This document shows positions 9,122 through 18,510 of a stretch of 64,000 nucleotides of DNA, piece by piece (within the stretch, counting starts at the first letter, position 1; every line of letters starts with the position of its first letter). The stretch covers positions 50,777 through 114,776 of the forward strand of contig DAWERM010000001.1 of NCBI GenBank assembly GCA_043390165.1, in the 5' to 3' direction. Made by a program: the position numbers and the translations under genes. The DNA is from Candidatus Azoamicus viridis (GTDB lineage: Bacteria > Pseudomonadota > Gammaproteobacteria > UBA6186 > Azoamicaceae). A model generated the notes under the pieces. That model saw only the letters and a list, made by a program, of their open reading frames with translations. It was not told where the DNA came from and made no database searches.

Positions 9122-10629
9122 TGAAGATTCGTGCTCAAATAGGTATGGTTTTAAATTTAGATAAATGTATAGGTTGTCATACATGTTCTGTAACTTGTAA
9201 AAATGTTTGGACTTCTAGAAGAGGTGTTGAGTATGCTTGGTTTAATAATGTAGAAAGTAAACCAGGAGTTGGTTATCCTAATAATTGGGAATCTCAAGAA
9301 AAATGGAATGGTGGATGGAAAATTAATGATAATGGGCAGTTGGAACCGAATATTGGTGGAAAGTTTAATGTATTATTAAAGATTTTTTCAAATTCAGATT
9401 TGCCATCTATAGATGATTATTATGAACCATTTACTTTTAATTATAGTTATTTACAAAATGCAGATGTTTCTAAAACTCCTCCATGTGCAAGGCCTGTTTC
9501 TGTTATTACAGGAGAGTATCTTGATAAGATTAAATCTGGTCCAAATTGGGAAGAAATATTGGGAGGAGAATTTGAAAAAAGAGGCAAAGACAAGAATTTT
9601 GATGGGATAGAAAAAGAAATGTATGGAGAATTTCAAAATACATTTATGGTTTATTTACCTCGCCTTTGTGAACATTGTTTGAATCCAGCATGTGTAGCAT
9701 CTTGCCCGTCTGGAGCTATATATAAAAGGGAAGAGGATGGTATAGTTTTAATAGATCAAAATAGATGCCGTGGATGGAGAATGTGTGTTAGTGCATGTCC
9801 GTATAAAAAGATTTATTATAATTGGAATTCTGGTAAATCTGAAAAATGTATATTTTGCTATCCTAGAATTGAATCAGGTATGACTACTATATGTGCAGAA
9901 ACATGTGTAGGTAGAATTCGTTATCTTGGCGTGATGTTATATGATGCTGATAGAATAAGTTCTGCTGCTTTGGTAAGAGATCCATCTGATTTATATGAGT
10001 CTCAGTTGAGTTTATTTTTAGATCCAAATGATGGTAATATTGAAAAAGAGGCTTTAAGACAAGGTATATCTGAGCATTGGATTAATTCTGCAAAAAAATC
10101 ACCAGTTTACAAGATGGCTGTTGACTGGAAGGTAGCCTTACCTTTACATCCTGAATATAGAACTTTACCTATGGTATGGTATATACCTCCGTTAAGTCCT
10201 ATACAAAGCGCTATTGATTCTGGTAAGTTAACTGTTAATGGTATATTGCCAGATGTAAGTTCTTTAAGGATTCCTGTAAAGTATTTAGCAAATATGCTAA
10301 CAGGAGGTAATGAAAGGGCAGTTGTTGTTGCTTTAGAAAGGATGTTAGCAATGAGAGCTTATATGAGGGATAAGTTAATGAATAATGTAGTAAATTCTAA
10401 AGTGTTAGATGGTGTTAATTTGAGCGATTTTCAAGTAAATGAAATGTATAGTTATATGGCTATAGGAAATTATGAAGATAGATTTGTAATACCTACAGCA
10501 AGAACGGATTATATGAGTGATCCTTTCGCTATGAGAAGTGGTTGTGGTTTTAATACTGGAAGTGCAGCTTCTGAACATATGAATACTTCTAAATATGGTA
10601 GTGATAAAAATTTATTTGGTGGTGTATAA
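9121..10629 (+). CDS. narH: Respiratory nitrate reductase beta subunit
   Basis: MKIRAQIGMVLNLDKCIGCHTCSVTCK, CEHCLNPACVASCP, CRGWRMCVSACP, CIFCYPR: four Fe-S motifs. Confidence 0.98.
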   Translation: MKIRAQIGMVLNLDKCIGCHTCSVTCKNVWTSRRGVEYAWFNNVESKPGVGYPNNWESQEKWNGGWKINDNGQLEPNIGGKFNVLLKIFSNSDLPSIDDYYEPFTFNYSYLQNADVSKTPPCARPVSVITGEYLDKIKSGPNWEEILGGEFEKRGKDKNFDGIEKEMYGEFQNTFMVYLPRLCEHCLNPACVASCPSGAIYKREEDGIVLIDQNRCRGWRMCVSACPYKKIYYNWNSGKSEKCIFCYPRIESGMTTICAETCVGRIRYLGVMLYDADRISSAALVRDPSDLYESQLSLFLDPNDGNIEKEALRQGISEHWINSAKKSPVYKMAVDWKVALPLHPEYRTLPMVWYIPPLSPIQSAIDSGKLTVNGILPDVSSLRIPVKYLANMLTGGNERAVVVALERMLAMRAYMRDKLMNNVVNSKVLDGVNLSDFQVNEMYSYMAIGNYEDRFVIPTARTDYMSDPFAMRSGCGFNTGSAASEHMNTSKYGSDKNLFGGV

Positions 10630-10631
10630 GT

Positions 10632-11249
10632 TTGATTAAAGTTAAGACGTATAAGATTTTTTCAACTTTATTGTCATATCCTAGCAATGAGTTTAAAGAA
10701 TGTATAAGTTCAATTATTCCTATTTTAAAGGAAGAGAATTTGTTATCTGAAGATTGTATAGATAAATTGGCTGTTTTTATCGATTATATAAATTGCTCCA
10801 ATTTGTTAGATCTTCAGGAAAATTACGTTTCTATTTTTGACAGACAGAAACGTTTTTCTTTATATTTATTTGAGCATATACATGGTGATGCAAGGGAACG
10901 TGGTATGGCAATGGTTGATTTAAAAAATTTATACAAAGCGTCTGATTTTGATATAGACTCAAATATTGAGTTACCTGATTACATACCAGTTTTTTTAGAA
11001 TATTTATCGTTAATGCCAAAAGAGAAATCTTCGATATTGCTAGGAGAGATTATTAATATTATAGCTGTAATTGGTAGGAGATTACAGCTGTTTAATAGTT
11101 TGTATTACATAATTTTTGATTTATTAGAGTATTTATCTAATTTTAAATCTGATAAAAAAATAATTGATGGTGTTATTCTTGATAGATTAAATGATAAAAT
11201 TGATTGTTCTAAAGTAGATGAAGAATGGGAAGAGCCTAAGGTTTTTTGA
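10632..11249 (+). CDS. narJ: Nitrate reductase Mo-cofactor assembly chaperone
   Basis: LLSYP, SLYLFEHIHGDARERGMAMVDL, ELPDYIPVFLEY; lies between narH and narI. Confidence 0.95.
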   Translation: MIKVKTYKIFSTLLSYPSNEFKECISSIIPILKEENLLSEDCIDKLAVFIDYINCSNLLDLQENYVSIFDRQKRFSLYLFEHIHGDARERGMAMVDLKNLYKASDFDIDSNIELPDYIPVFLEYLSLMPKEKSSILLGEIINIIAVIGRRLQLFNSLYYIIFDLLEYLSNFKSDKKIIDGVILDRLNDKIDCSKVDEEWEEPKVF

Positions 11250-11287
11250 GTTGTTTATTTTATTATAGTTATTTTAAGGGCTTTTAT

Positions 11288-11974
11288 ATGACGATTTTTT
11301 TAAATAATGTTTTGTTTTCATATTATCCATATGTAGCAATTACCGTGTTTTTTGTTGGATCCATATTGAGGTATGAGAAAGATCAGTATGGTTGGAAATC
11401 TGGATCTAGTCAGATTTTAAGGAAGGATTTATTATTTTGGGGTAGTAATTTATTTCATTTTGGTGTGATTTTTATTTTATTTGGGCATTTTTTTGGTTTA
11501 ATGACGCCAGAATTTGTGTATCGTATTTTTTTAAAGCCAGAGCAAAAACAGATTTTAGCTATGGTTAGTGGTGGAATAGCTGGTGTTTTTTGTTTTATTG
11601 GCATGACCATATTAGTTTATAGAAGATTATCTGATTCTCGTGTTAGAGTTACTAGTAGCGTATCTGATATATTTATTTTATTTTTTTTATATATACAGTT
11701 GATATTGGGGTTGATGTCAATATATATTTCATATCAACATATTAATGATGCTAGTATTATGATAGCATTAGCTAGTTGGGTTCAAGGTATAGTGACGTTT
11801 AATCCTGATGTTGCGAGTTATGTATTAAATGTACATTGGATTTTTAAAGTACATTTATTCCTTGGAATGACTATGTTTTTAGTTTTTCCTTTTACGAGAT
11901 TAGTGCATGTTTTTAGTTTTCCATATTTGTATTTTTTTAGAACAGGCTATCAGTTAGTAAGAAAGTTGAAATAG
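11288..11974 (+). CDS. narI: Respiratory nitrate reductase gamma subunit (cytochrome b)
   Basis: YPY..., QYGWKSGSSQ, SNLFHFG..GHFFG, KVHLFLG..FPFTRLVH with heme His ligands. Start taken at ATG 11288. Confidence 0.96.
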   Translation: MTIFLNNVLFSYYPYVAITVFFVGSILRYEKDQYGWKSGSSQILRKDLLFWGSNLFHFGVIFILFGHFFGLMTPEFVYRIFLKPEQKQILAMVSGGIAGVFCFIGMTILVYRRLSDSRVRVTSSVSDIFILFFLYIQLILGLMSIYISYQHINDASIMIALASWVQGIVTFNPDVASYVLNVHWIFKVHLFLGMTMFLVFPFTRLVHVFSFPYLYFFRTGYQLVRKLK

Positions 11975-12022
11975 AAAGTTAAAATAGAATATTATTTATA
12001 AATAATTTAGGTAGGTTTTTTA

Positions 12023-13303
12023 ATGAATGATGGGAATGGTAGAGTTTTTAGTTTGAAAGATTATGCTACTAAAAATGATATGTTATCTGCATTAGTATTA
12101 AGTACGGTTGCTTTTACAGTATGCTTTGCTGTATGGACTATTTTTTCAATTATAGGTATAAGAATAAAGCATGAAATAGGTTTGAATAACACACAGTTTG
12201 GTACTTTAATAGCTACACCTATTTTAACAGGTTCGCTAACTAGATTGTTTTTAGGGATATGGACAGATCAATATGGTGGTAGAATAGTTTTTACTATTTT
12301 AATGTTAGCAGCTTCTGTTGCTACATGGATTTTAACTTATGCTTCAACTTATCATCAATACTTGTTGGCTGCTTTAGGTGTAGGGCTAGCTGGTGGAAGT
12401 TTTGCTGTAGGTATAGCATATGTTTCTAGATGGTATCCTGAAGAAAAACAAGGAACTGTTTTAGGAATATTCGGTGTAGGTAATTTTGGAGCTGCAGTTA
12501 CTAATTTTGGAGCTCCACATATATTGCAGCCATATGGATGGCATGCTGTGGCTAAGGTTTATTCTATAGTGTTAGCTTTAACAGCTATTTTATTTTTTTT
12601 ATTAACAAAGACAGATCCAAGCTTACAACATCGCAATAAATTTAATATAAAATATGAATCTGCGACTAAACAAATGGAGCCACTTCTTAATATTCAAGTG
12701 TGGAGATTTTCATTGTATTATTTTTTTGTTTTTGGAGCTTTTGTAGCGTTGGCTTTATGGTTGCCTAGATATTATATAGGTGTTTATGGTTTAGATATAA
12801 AGACAGCTGGGATGTTAACTGCTGTTTATTCCTTTCCTGGAGGTATATTCAGAGCTTTAGGTGGATGGCTTTCTGATAAATTTGGCGCTAGAAAAGTCAT
12901 GTATTTTACGTTTATAATTAGTATGGGGTGTTTATTTTTAATGTCTTATCCTGCTACTAATTATATAATACAAGGGGTATCTGGGGATATTAGTTTTAGC
13001 TTAAGAATAACGTTAATTCCTTTTGTTATTTTAACATTTATATTAGGTTTTTTTATGTCTTTAGGGAAAGCTGCTGTTTATAAGCATATTCCAGTTTATT
13101 ATCCAGGGAATGTAGGAGCTGTAGGTGGTATGGTTGGATTAATAGGTGGCCTTGGTGGTTTTTGTTTGCCTATTACATTTGGTTATATGAATGACCATAT
13201 AGGTGTTTGGACTAGTTGCTTTATGGTATTATTTTTGATAACTTTTGTATCATTGATTTGGATGCATTTTTCTATAGTTTCTATGGAAAAATCTAAATTG
13301 TAG
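12023..13303 (+). CDS. narK: Nitrate transporter, NarK1 type
   Basis: STVAFTVCFAVW, PILTGSLTR, GLAGGSFAVG, GIFGVGNFG, QVWRFSLYYFFVFGAFVAL. Confidence 0.9.
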   Translation: MNDGNGRVFSLKDYATKNDMLSALVLSTVAFTVCFAVWTIFSIIGIRIKHEIGLNNTQFGTLIATPILTGSLTRLFLGIWTDQYGGRIVFTILMLAASVATWILTYASTYHQYLLAALGVGLAGGSFAVGIAYVSRWYPEEKQGTVLGIFGVGNFGAAVTNFGAPHILQPYGWHAVAKVYSIVLALTAILFFLLTKTDPSLQHRNKFNIKYESATKQMEPLLNIQVWRFSLYYFFVFGAFVALALWLPRYYIGVYGLDIKTAGMLTAVYSFPGGIFRALGGWLSDKFGARKVMYFTFIISMGCLFLMSYPATNYIIQGVSGDISFSLRITLIPFVILTFILGFFMSLGKAAVYKHIPVYYPGNVGAVGGMVGLIGGLGGFCLPITFGYMNDHIGVWTSCFMVLFLITFVSLIWMHFSIVSMEKSKL

Positions 13304-13340
13304 AAATAATAATTTTTTGTTTTTAGGTAATTTTTAAGTA

Positions 13341-14318
13341 ATGTTTAACGTTTTGAAAGATGAATATAGTAGATGTTTTAATTATTTAAGATTATCTGTA
13401 ACAGATTTGTGTAATTTTAGTTGTAAATATTGCTTGCCTGATAATGTATATTTAAAATCCAAAGATTATTTGTCTTTGAATGAAATATATAATTTGGTAT
13501 ATGCTTTTTCAGAGTTAGGTGTAAAAAAAATTAGATTAACAGGTGGAGAACCGACGATAAGAAGTGATTTTATTGATATAGGTAAGTCTATACTGTCTAT
13601 TCCTGGTATTGAATCAGTAGTTTTTACTACTAATGGTTATAAGTTATATAAGATTATTGATTCTGTGAAGAATGTTGGATTTAGTGGTGTAAATGTTAGT
13701 TTAGATACACTTAATTGTAAGAAATTTTTTTTAATAACAGGTAAAAATTGTTTTAATAAGGTTTTAGAAGGCATATACCGTTCAATAGAAATTGGTTTAT
13801 CTACAAAAATAAATGTTGTGTTATCAAAGTTTTTTACTATTGAAGATTTTGAGGATTTTTATTCATTTTTAAAATATAAAAATGTAGTTGTAAGATTTAT
13901 AGAACAAATGGAAACTGGTTTTTTGCATAAGCGTAACGGAAGTAATATTACGTCTTTTTTCCTTATGAGTTTTTTAGATAAGAATGGATGGATTAAATTG
14001 GAAAAAGGCGATAACAGTGATGGACCTGCTGTTGTTTTTTATAATTCTAATTATCTTGGAAAAATTGGAATAATTAATCCTTATTCTAGTACGTTTTGTT
14101 TTTCTTGCAATAGATTGAGAGTGTCTTCTATTGGAAACTTATACTTATGTTTATTTGGAGATAGATGTTATTCTTTAAGAAAATTTTTAGATAGTTTTGA
14201 AAGTAGATGTAATTTAAAACAATTTATATTAGATAAAGTTAAAGTGAAGAATAGCTCTCATTTTTTGAATTATGGCAAGCCAGGTATTATAAAGAGTTTT
14301 GCGTCTATTGGTGGTTAA
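13341..14318 (+). CDS. moaA: GTP 3',8-cyclase (radical SAM)
   Basis: YLRLSVTDLCNFSCKYC, RLTGGEP, FCFSCNRLR..CLF, C-terminal IGG. Confidence 0.96.
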   Translation: MFNVLKDEYSRCFNYLRLSVTDLCNFSCKYCLPDNVYLKSKDYLSLNEIYNLVYAFSELGVKKIRLTGGEPTIRSDFIDIGKSILSIPGIESVVFTTNGYKLYKIIDSVKNVGFSGVNVSLDTLNCKKFFLITGKNCFNKVLEGIYRSIEIGLSTKINVVLSKFFTIEDFEDFYSFLKYKNVVVRFIEQMETGFLHKRNGSNITSFFLMSFLDKNGWIKLEKGDNSDGPAVVFYNSNYLGKIGIINPYSSTFCFSCNRLRVSSIGNLYLCLFGDRCYSLRKFLDSFESRCNLKQFILDKVKVKNSSHFLNYGKPGIIKSFASIGG

Positions 14319-14337
14319 TTATTATTAAAATTTTGTT

Positions 14338-15348
14338 ATGAAACATATTAATGAAAATGATGTTTTTAAGAAAGTTTCTTCTTATAGAATGATAGATATT
14401 AGTTTAAAACCTAGTACTTATAGGAGAGCTTGTGTTATAGGTTCTATTTATTTAGGAAAAAAAGTTTATAATTTAGTAAAGGAAAAAAAAATTCCAAAGG
14501 GAGATCCTCTATTATTGGCTGAAATAGCTGGTATAAATGCAGCTAAAAATACAAGCAATTTTATTTTGTTATGTCATCAAATAAATATAGAAAACGTTTT
14601 CGTAAATGTTGTTTTAGATGATCTGAATTATACAATTACTTTATATTGTATTGTTTTTGCAAATGCTAAAACAGGAGTAGAAATGGAAGCTATGTCAGGT
14701 GTTAGTGTAGGGCTTATGACTATATACGATTTAACAAAGAAGTTTGATCCTTTTATTTGTATAAATAGTATTAAGTTATTGTTTAAAGATGGTGGAGAGA
14801 ATGGTTTAGTTCTTGGTGATTTAGAGAATGTTCCTGATCATTTGAAGAGATTTTTTTTCGATTTAAATGTTGTATATAGTAACATTTCAGTTGTTTTGAT
14901 TACTATTAGTGATAGAGCCAGCTCTGGAGAATATGATGATATATCTGGAAAAATTCTTCTTGATTTTTTTAGGTTTAATAAAGCTGAGGTAATAGATTCT
15001 TTGATTATAGCTGATGATAAAGAAAGAATAGTAGATGCATTTAAGTATTATATAGATAAATATTCTCCCAATTTAATATTGACAAGCGGTGGAACAGGTT
15101 TATCAAGTAGGGATTTTACTAGCGAGGCTATATTAAGTTTTTGTAAGAAAATTATTCCTGGGATAGGAGAGTTATTAAGATTAAGTGGTAATAAACATAC
15201 GAAGTCTTCGTGGTTAAGTTGTTCTGTTGCTGGAGTGTATGAGAAAACTTTGATTGTTTCTTTACCTGGTAAACCATCTGCTGTTTCTGAAGGGCTTTAT
15301 GTTTTAAAAGATTTATTGCTACATGCGGTTAACGTTATTAATAAATAA
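14338..15348 (+). CDS. moaCB: Fused MoaC-MoaB/MogA molybdenum cofactor biosynthesis protein
   Basis: N-terminal MoaC domain (MIDIS.K, LCH, TGVEMEA, IYD) and C-terminal MoaB/MogA domain (ISDRAS.G..D.SG, TSGGTG..RDFT, SLPGKP). Confidence 0.9.
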   Translation: MKHINENDVFKKVSSYRMIDISLKPSTYRRACVIGSIYLGKKVYNLVKEKKIPKGDPLLLAEIAGINAAKNTSNFILLCHQINIENVFVNVVLDDLNYTITLYCIVFANAKTGVEMEAMSGVSVGLMTIYDLTKKFDPFICINSIKLLFKDGGENGLVLGDLENVPDHLKRFFFDLNVVYSNISVVLITISDRASSGEYDDISGKILLDFFRFNKAEVIDSLIIADDKERIVDAFKYYIDKYSPNLILTSGGTGLSSRDFTSEAILSFCKKIIPGIGELLRLSGNKHTKSSWLSCSVAGVYEKTLIVSLPGKPSAVSEGLYVLKDLLLHAVNVINK

Positions 15349-15356
15349 TAGTCTTT

Positions 15357-16616
15357 ATGATAAGTTATTTTAAGGCCATTTCTATTATTTTAGATGTTTC
15401 TAGAAAATTTTTCTATAGTCGCAGTGAAGACTTAATTGATACTTTAAATTCTAGTAATAACATTTCTTTAAATAATATTTTTTGTAACAGTAGTGTTCCT
15501 GATTTTAATAGTGCGGCTATGGATGGTTTTGCCTTACAGAGTAAGAGTACAGTTACATTAAATTGTGATAATTTAAAGAAATTTACTGTTGTAGATTATC
15601 TTAAAGCAGGGTCTTTTGTTGATTTTAAGTTATTAAACAATAATTCTATTATTGAGATAATGACTGGTGCTAGATTGCCTGATGTATTTGATGCTGTGGT
15701 TAAATATGAAGATGTTAAAGTAAAACATAAAGATGTTTTTTTAAGTAAAAAGATAGATTCAGGAGAAAATGTAAGGTATGTAGGAGAAGATTATAAATAT
15801 GGAGACGTTATTATAGAAAAGGGTGAAGTAATTAATCTTTCTCATATAATGTCTTTGTCGTCTTCAGGTGTAAAGCTTATTAAGGTTTTGAAAAAATTTA
15901 AAATTTATTTAATATGTACTGGAGATGAAATCTTAGATTATTTTTCATCTATAACTTTGAAGGATAATTGTTTTATTTATAATTCTAGTTTACCATATTT
16001 AGAAAACATTTTTAGATTATTAGGATTTGATGTCGTGTATTTAGGTATAGTTAAAGATAATACTGAAGCTTTTTTAAGTCTTATTGATTTTGCTGTTAGC
16101 GATAGTAAAGCATCTTTAATTTTAACTACAGGAGCTGTATCGAAAGGTAAAGCTGATTTTATATTAGAGTCTTTAAAAAAGATAAAAGCTAAAGTATTAT
16201 TTCATGGTGTCAACATTAAGCCTGGGAAGCCTATTTTGTTTGCTAGTATAAATTCCAATAGTTATTTTTTTGGATTACCAGGTAATCCTATATCAACAGT
16301 TATTGGATTTAGGTTCTTTGTTTATCCATTTTTAAGGAGCTTTTTTGGATTGCCATTTGAGAAATCTTTAAAAGCTACATTGGTTAATAGTTATTTTAAT
16401 AGAGGAAAATACGAAGTTTTTTTAAAGGCAGTTATTGTTTTAAATAAGAATATTTTAGAGGTATCTATTATTGATGAACAGGAATCTTTTAAAATTAGTG
16501 GGTTAGTGGAATGCAATTGTTTTGTTTTTTTAAAAGCTGGAAATTTATATACTAAAGGTGATTTATTGGATGTTTATGCTTTTGATAATTTTTTTTTTAA
16601 TGGGTTTTTATGTTAA
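15357..16616 (+). CDS. moeA: Molybdopterin molybdotransferase
   Basis: SAAMDGFA, IMTGARLP..DAVV, GENVR..GED, TGDE, TTGAVSKG, IKPGKP, GLPGNP. Confidence 0.95.
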   Translation: MISYFKAISIILDVSRKFFYSRSEDLIDTLNSSNNISLNNIFCNSSVPDFNSAAMDGFALQSKSTVTLNCDNLKKFTVVDYLKAGSFVDFKLLNNNSIIEIMTGARLPDVFDAVVKYEDVKVKHKDVFLSKKIDSGENVRYVGEDYKYGDVIIEKGEVINLSHIMSLSSSGVKLIKVLKKFKIYLICTGDEILDYFSSITLKDNCFIYNSSLPYLENIFRLLGFDVVYLGIVKDNTEAFLSLIDFAVSDSKASLILTTGAVSKGKADFILESLKKIKAKVLFHGVNIKPGKPILFASINSNSYFFGLPGNPISTVIGFRFFVYPFLRSFFGLPFEKSLKATLVNSYFNRGKYEVFLKAVIVLNKNILEVSIIDEQESFKISGLVECNCFVFLKAGNLYTKGDLLDVYAFDNFFFNGFLC

Positions 16617-16873
16617 ATATTAGATTAAGATTTTTTGGTGTTTTTAGTGATTATTTTAAGATTGATTTATCAATAAATTTAAATAATGGTGCCAATTTAA
16701 ATGATTTAAGGAATTTAATTAGTTTTGAAATGCAAGCTAGAAATTTAGATTTTAATTTTACAAGTTTGCTTAAGAGTTCTGTATTTTCTAATGAAGATGA
16801 AATTTTAGCTGATAGTTATTTACTTAAATCTGAAGATGTTATTTATTTATTACCACCTGTTTCCGGGGGTTGA
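16610..16873 (+). CDS. moaD: Molybdopterin synthase sulfur carrier
   Basis: 87 aa ubiquitin-like protein ending LLPPVSGG. Confidence 0.92.
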   Translation: MLNIRLRFFGVFSDYFKIDLSINLNNGANLNDLRNLISFEMQARNLDFNFTSLLKSSVFSNEDEILADSYLLKSEDVIYLLPPVSGG

Positions 16874-16874
16874 T

Positions 16875-17303
16875 ATGTATGTTACAGATAATGTTTTTAT
16901 AAGTATATCAAAAAACAAAATTAGATTTGATGATTTTTCGGTTTTTTCTATTAGAAGTGATTTTGGAGCTGTAGTTTCTTTTTTAGGTCTTGTAAGGAAT
17001 TTGAATGAAGGTAGAGAAGTTTTGGAAATTGATTATGTTGTTTTTGATAAGCTTGTATATTCTATATTAATTAAAAAATGCGAAGATATAGTTTTAAAAA
17101 ACAGTAAGTCTAGGATTTTTATACAATTTTGCAGTGGAAAATTATCGTTAAGAAATATTAATTTATTTATAGCAGTGAGCACAATAAATAGAAAAATGGC
17201 GTTTTTGCTTTGTAGTGAATTACTTGATTTTATTAAGGTTAATGCTCCAATTTGGAAGAAAGAGTATTATTTAGATAGAAGTTACAAGTGGTTAAATAGC
17301 TAA
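16875..17303 (+). CDS. moaE: Molybdopterin synthase catalytic subunit (divergent)
   Basis: GAVVSFLGLVRN.NEG and IKVNAPIWKKE; start taken at ATG 16875. Confidence 0.88.
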   Translation: MYVTDNVFISISKNKIRFDDFSVFSIRSDFGAVVSFLGLVRNLNEGREVLEIDYVVFDKLVYSILIKKCEDIVLKNSKSRIFIQFCSGKLSLRNINLFIAVSTINRKMAFLLCSELLDFIKVNAPIWKKEYYLDRSYKWLNS

Positions 17304-17331
17304 GCTTTTGTATTTAGGATTTACTAAATAA

Positions 17332-17892
17332 ATGTTAAATAAAATTTTACCTATTGTGTTAGCTGGTGGTAAATCATCTAGAATGGGAAGAGACAAGAGA
17401 TTTGTTAGTTTTAATGATACTTGTTTTTTGGATAATACTATAAATATTTTATATAAAGTTGGATTTAGTAATGTTTTAGTTAGTGGTTTATGTATTAATT
17501 ATAATAGTGTTATAGATGAATTCTTATCTATTGGTCCATCTAGCGCTTTTTATAAGTTTTTATCAAGTGGAGATTATGTTTATTATGATCACTTGTTATT
17601 TATTCCTATAGATATGCCATTTTTACATGAGTGTTTTATTTTTAATATGTTTTTGAATATAAAAAAGAATACTACGGTTTATTATGATAATTTTAATTTT
17701 CCGCTGCTGTTATCCAAAGATTTTCTATCTAGAAAGATTTTTAGTGAGGTTGTCTTTTTTAATGAAAGTTCTAATAAATCTGTAAAGATTTTTTTGGATA
17801 ATATTCTGGTTAGCAGGATTAGTTATGATGATGCTTTTGTTTTTGCAAATATTAATAATGTTTTTGATTTGTATTTTTTTGGGATTATTTAG
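17332..17892 (+). CDS. mobA: Molybdenum cofactor guanylyltransferase
   Basis: LAGGKSSRMGRDK, GP, PIDMP, FANIN. Confidence 0.9.
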   Translation: MLNKILPIVLAGGKSSRMGRDKRFVSFNDTCFLDNTINILYKVGFSNVLVSGLCINYNSVIDEFLSIGPSSAFYKFLSSGDYVYYDHLLFIPIDMPFLHECFIFNMFLNIKKNTTVYYDNFNFPLLLSKDFLSRKIFSEVVFFNESSNKSVKIFLDNILVSRISYDDAFVFANINNVFDLYFFGII

Positions 17893-17979
17893 GAGAGAAA
17901 GGGATTTGAACCCTTGATACTTTTTATAGTATAGTGACTTTCGAGATCACCCCGTTAAACCAGACTCTGGCATCTCTCC
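17891..17979 (-). tRNA. tRNA-Ser(CGA)
   Basis: Reverse complement gives acceptor stem GGAGAGA/TCTCTCC, anticodon arm GTGAT-CT-CGA-AA-GTCAC, long variable arm, and T arm AAGGG-TTCAAAT-CCCTT. No encoded CCA. Confidence 0.92.
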
Positions 17980-18061
17980 AATATTTTTATTTTCAATTGT
18001 ATGAAATAAAATTAATAATGTATAATAAATATTATATTTTTATTTTAGGAGTTTAATAAAT

Positions 18062-18478
18062 TTGGTTGTTATTGGGTTTGATTTTGGTATCAAATATATA
18101 GGGGTTGCTGTTGGTCAATTTATCACGAAGACAGCTGTGCCAGTGGCTTCTATTTTTGTAAAAAATAATTTAATTGACTGGAATGTCATTGCTAGTTTTA
18201 TATATAATTGGGAGCCGGATTGTCTTGTAGTTGGATATCCTTTAGGATTCGAACGTAAGAATGTATTTTTTTGTAATAAGCTTGAAATATTTATTAATAA
18301 TTTGAAGAATAAATATAGCATGCCTGTTTATATTATAGATGAGGAATTATCCACATGGGAGGCTAAGAAAACTTATACTTTTTTCGAGCGTAAATGTTCA
18401 TTTGAGTATTATTCTAAATTGAATGCTACAGTTGCAGCTATTCTAGTAGAAAGATGGTTTTTAGGTAGCTCTTTTTAA
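18062..18478 (+). CDS. yqgF: YqgF/RuvX pre-16S rRNA nuclease
   Basis: GFDFGIKYIGVAVG, W.P..VVGYP, DEELST.EA, AAILVE.W. Confidence 0.9.
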   Translation: MVVIGFDFGIKYIGVAVGQFITKTAVPVASIFVKNNLIDWNVIASFIYNWEPDCLVVGYPLGFERKNVFFCNKLEIFINNLKNKYSMPVYIIDEELSTWEAKKTYTFFERKCSFEYYSKLNATVAAILVERWFLGSSF

Positions 18479-18510
18479 AAATAATTTTTGTTTATTTTTT
18501 AGGAAAACCG

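Noticed and set aside
5342-10629. Nitrite oxidoreductase (Nxr) instead of Nar
   Set aside because: Canonical narGHJI with two NarK transporters and typical proteobacterial NarG motifs; there is no nitrifier context.
3964-17892. Recently acquired mobile island ending at tRNA-Ser
   Set aside because: No integrase, transposase or att duplication, and composition and skew match the flanks. Any transfer would be ancient.
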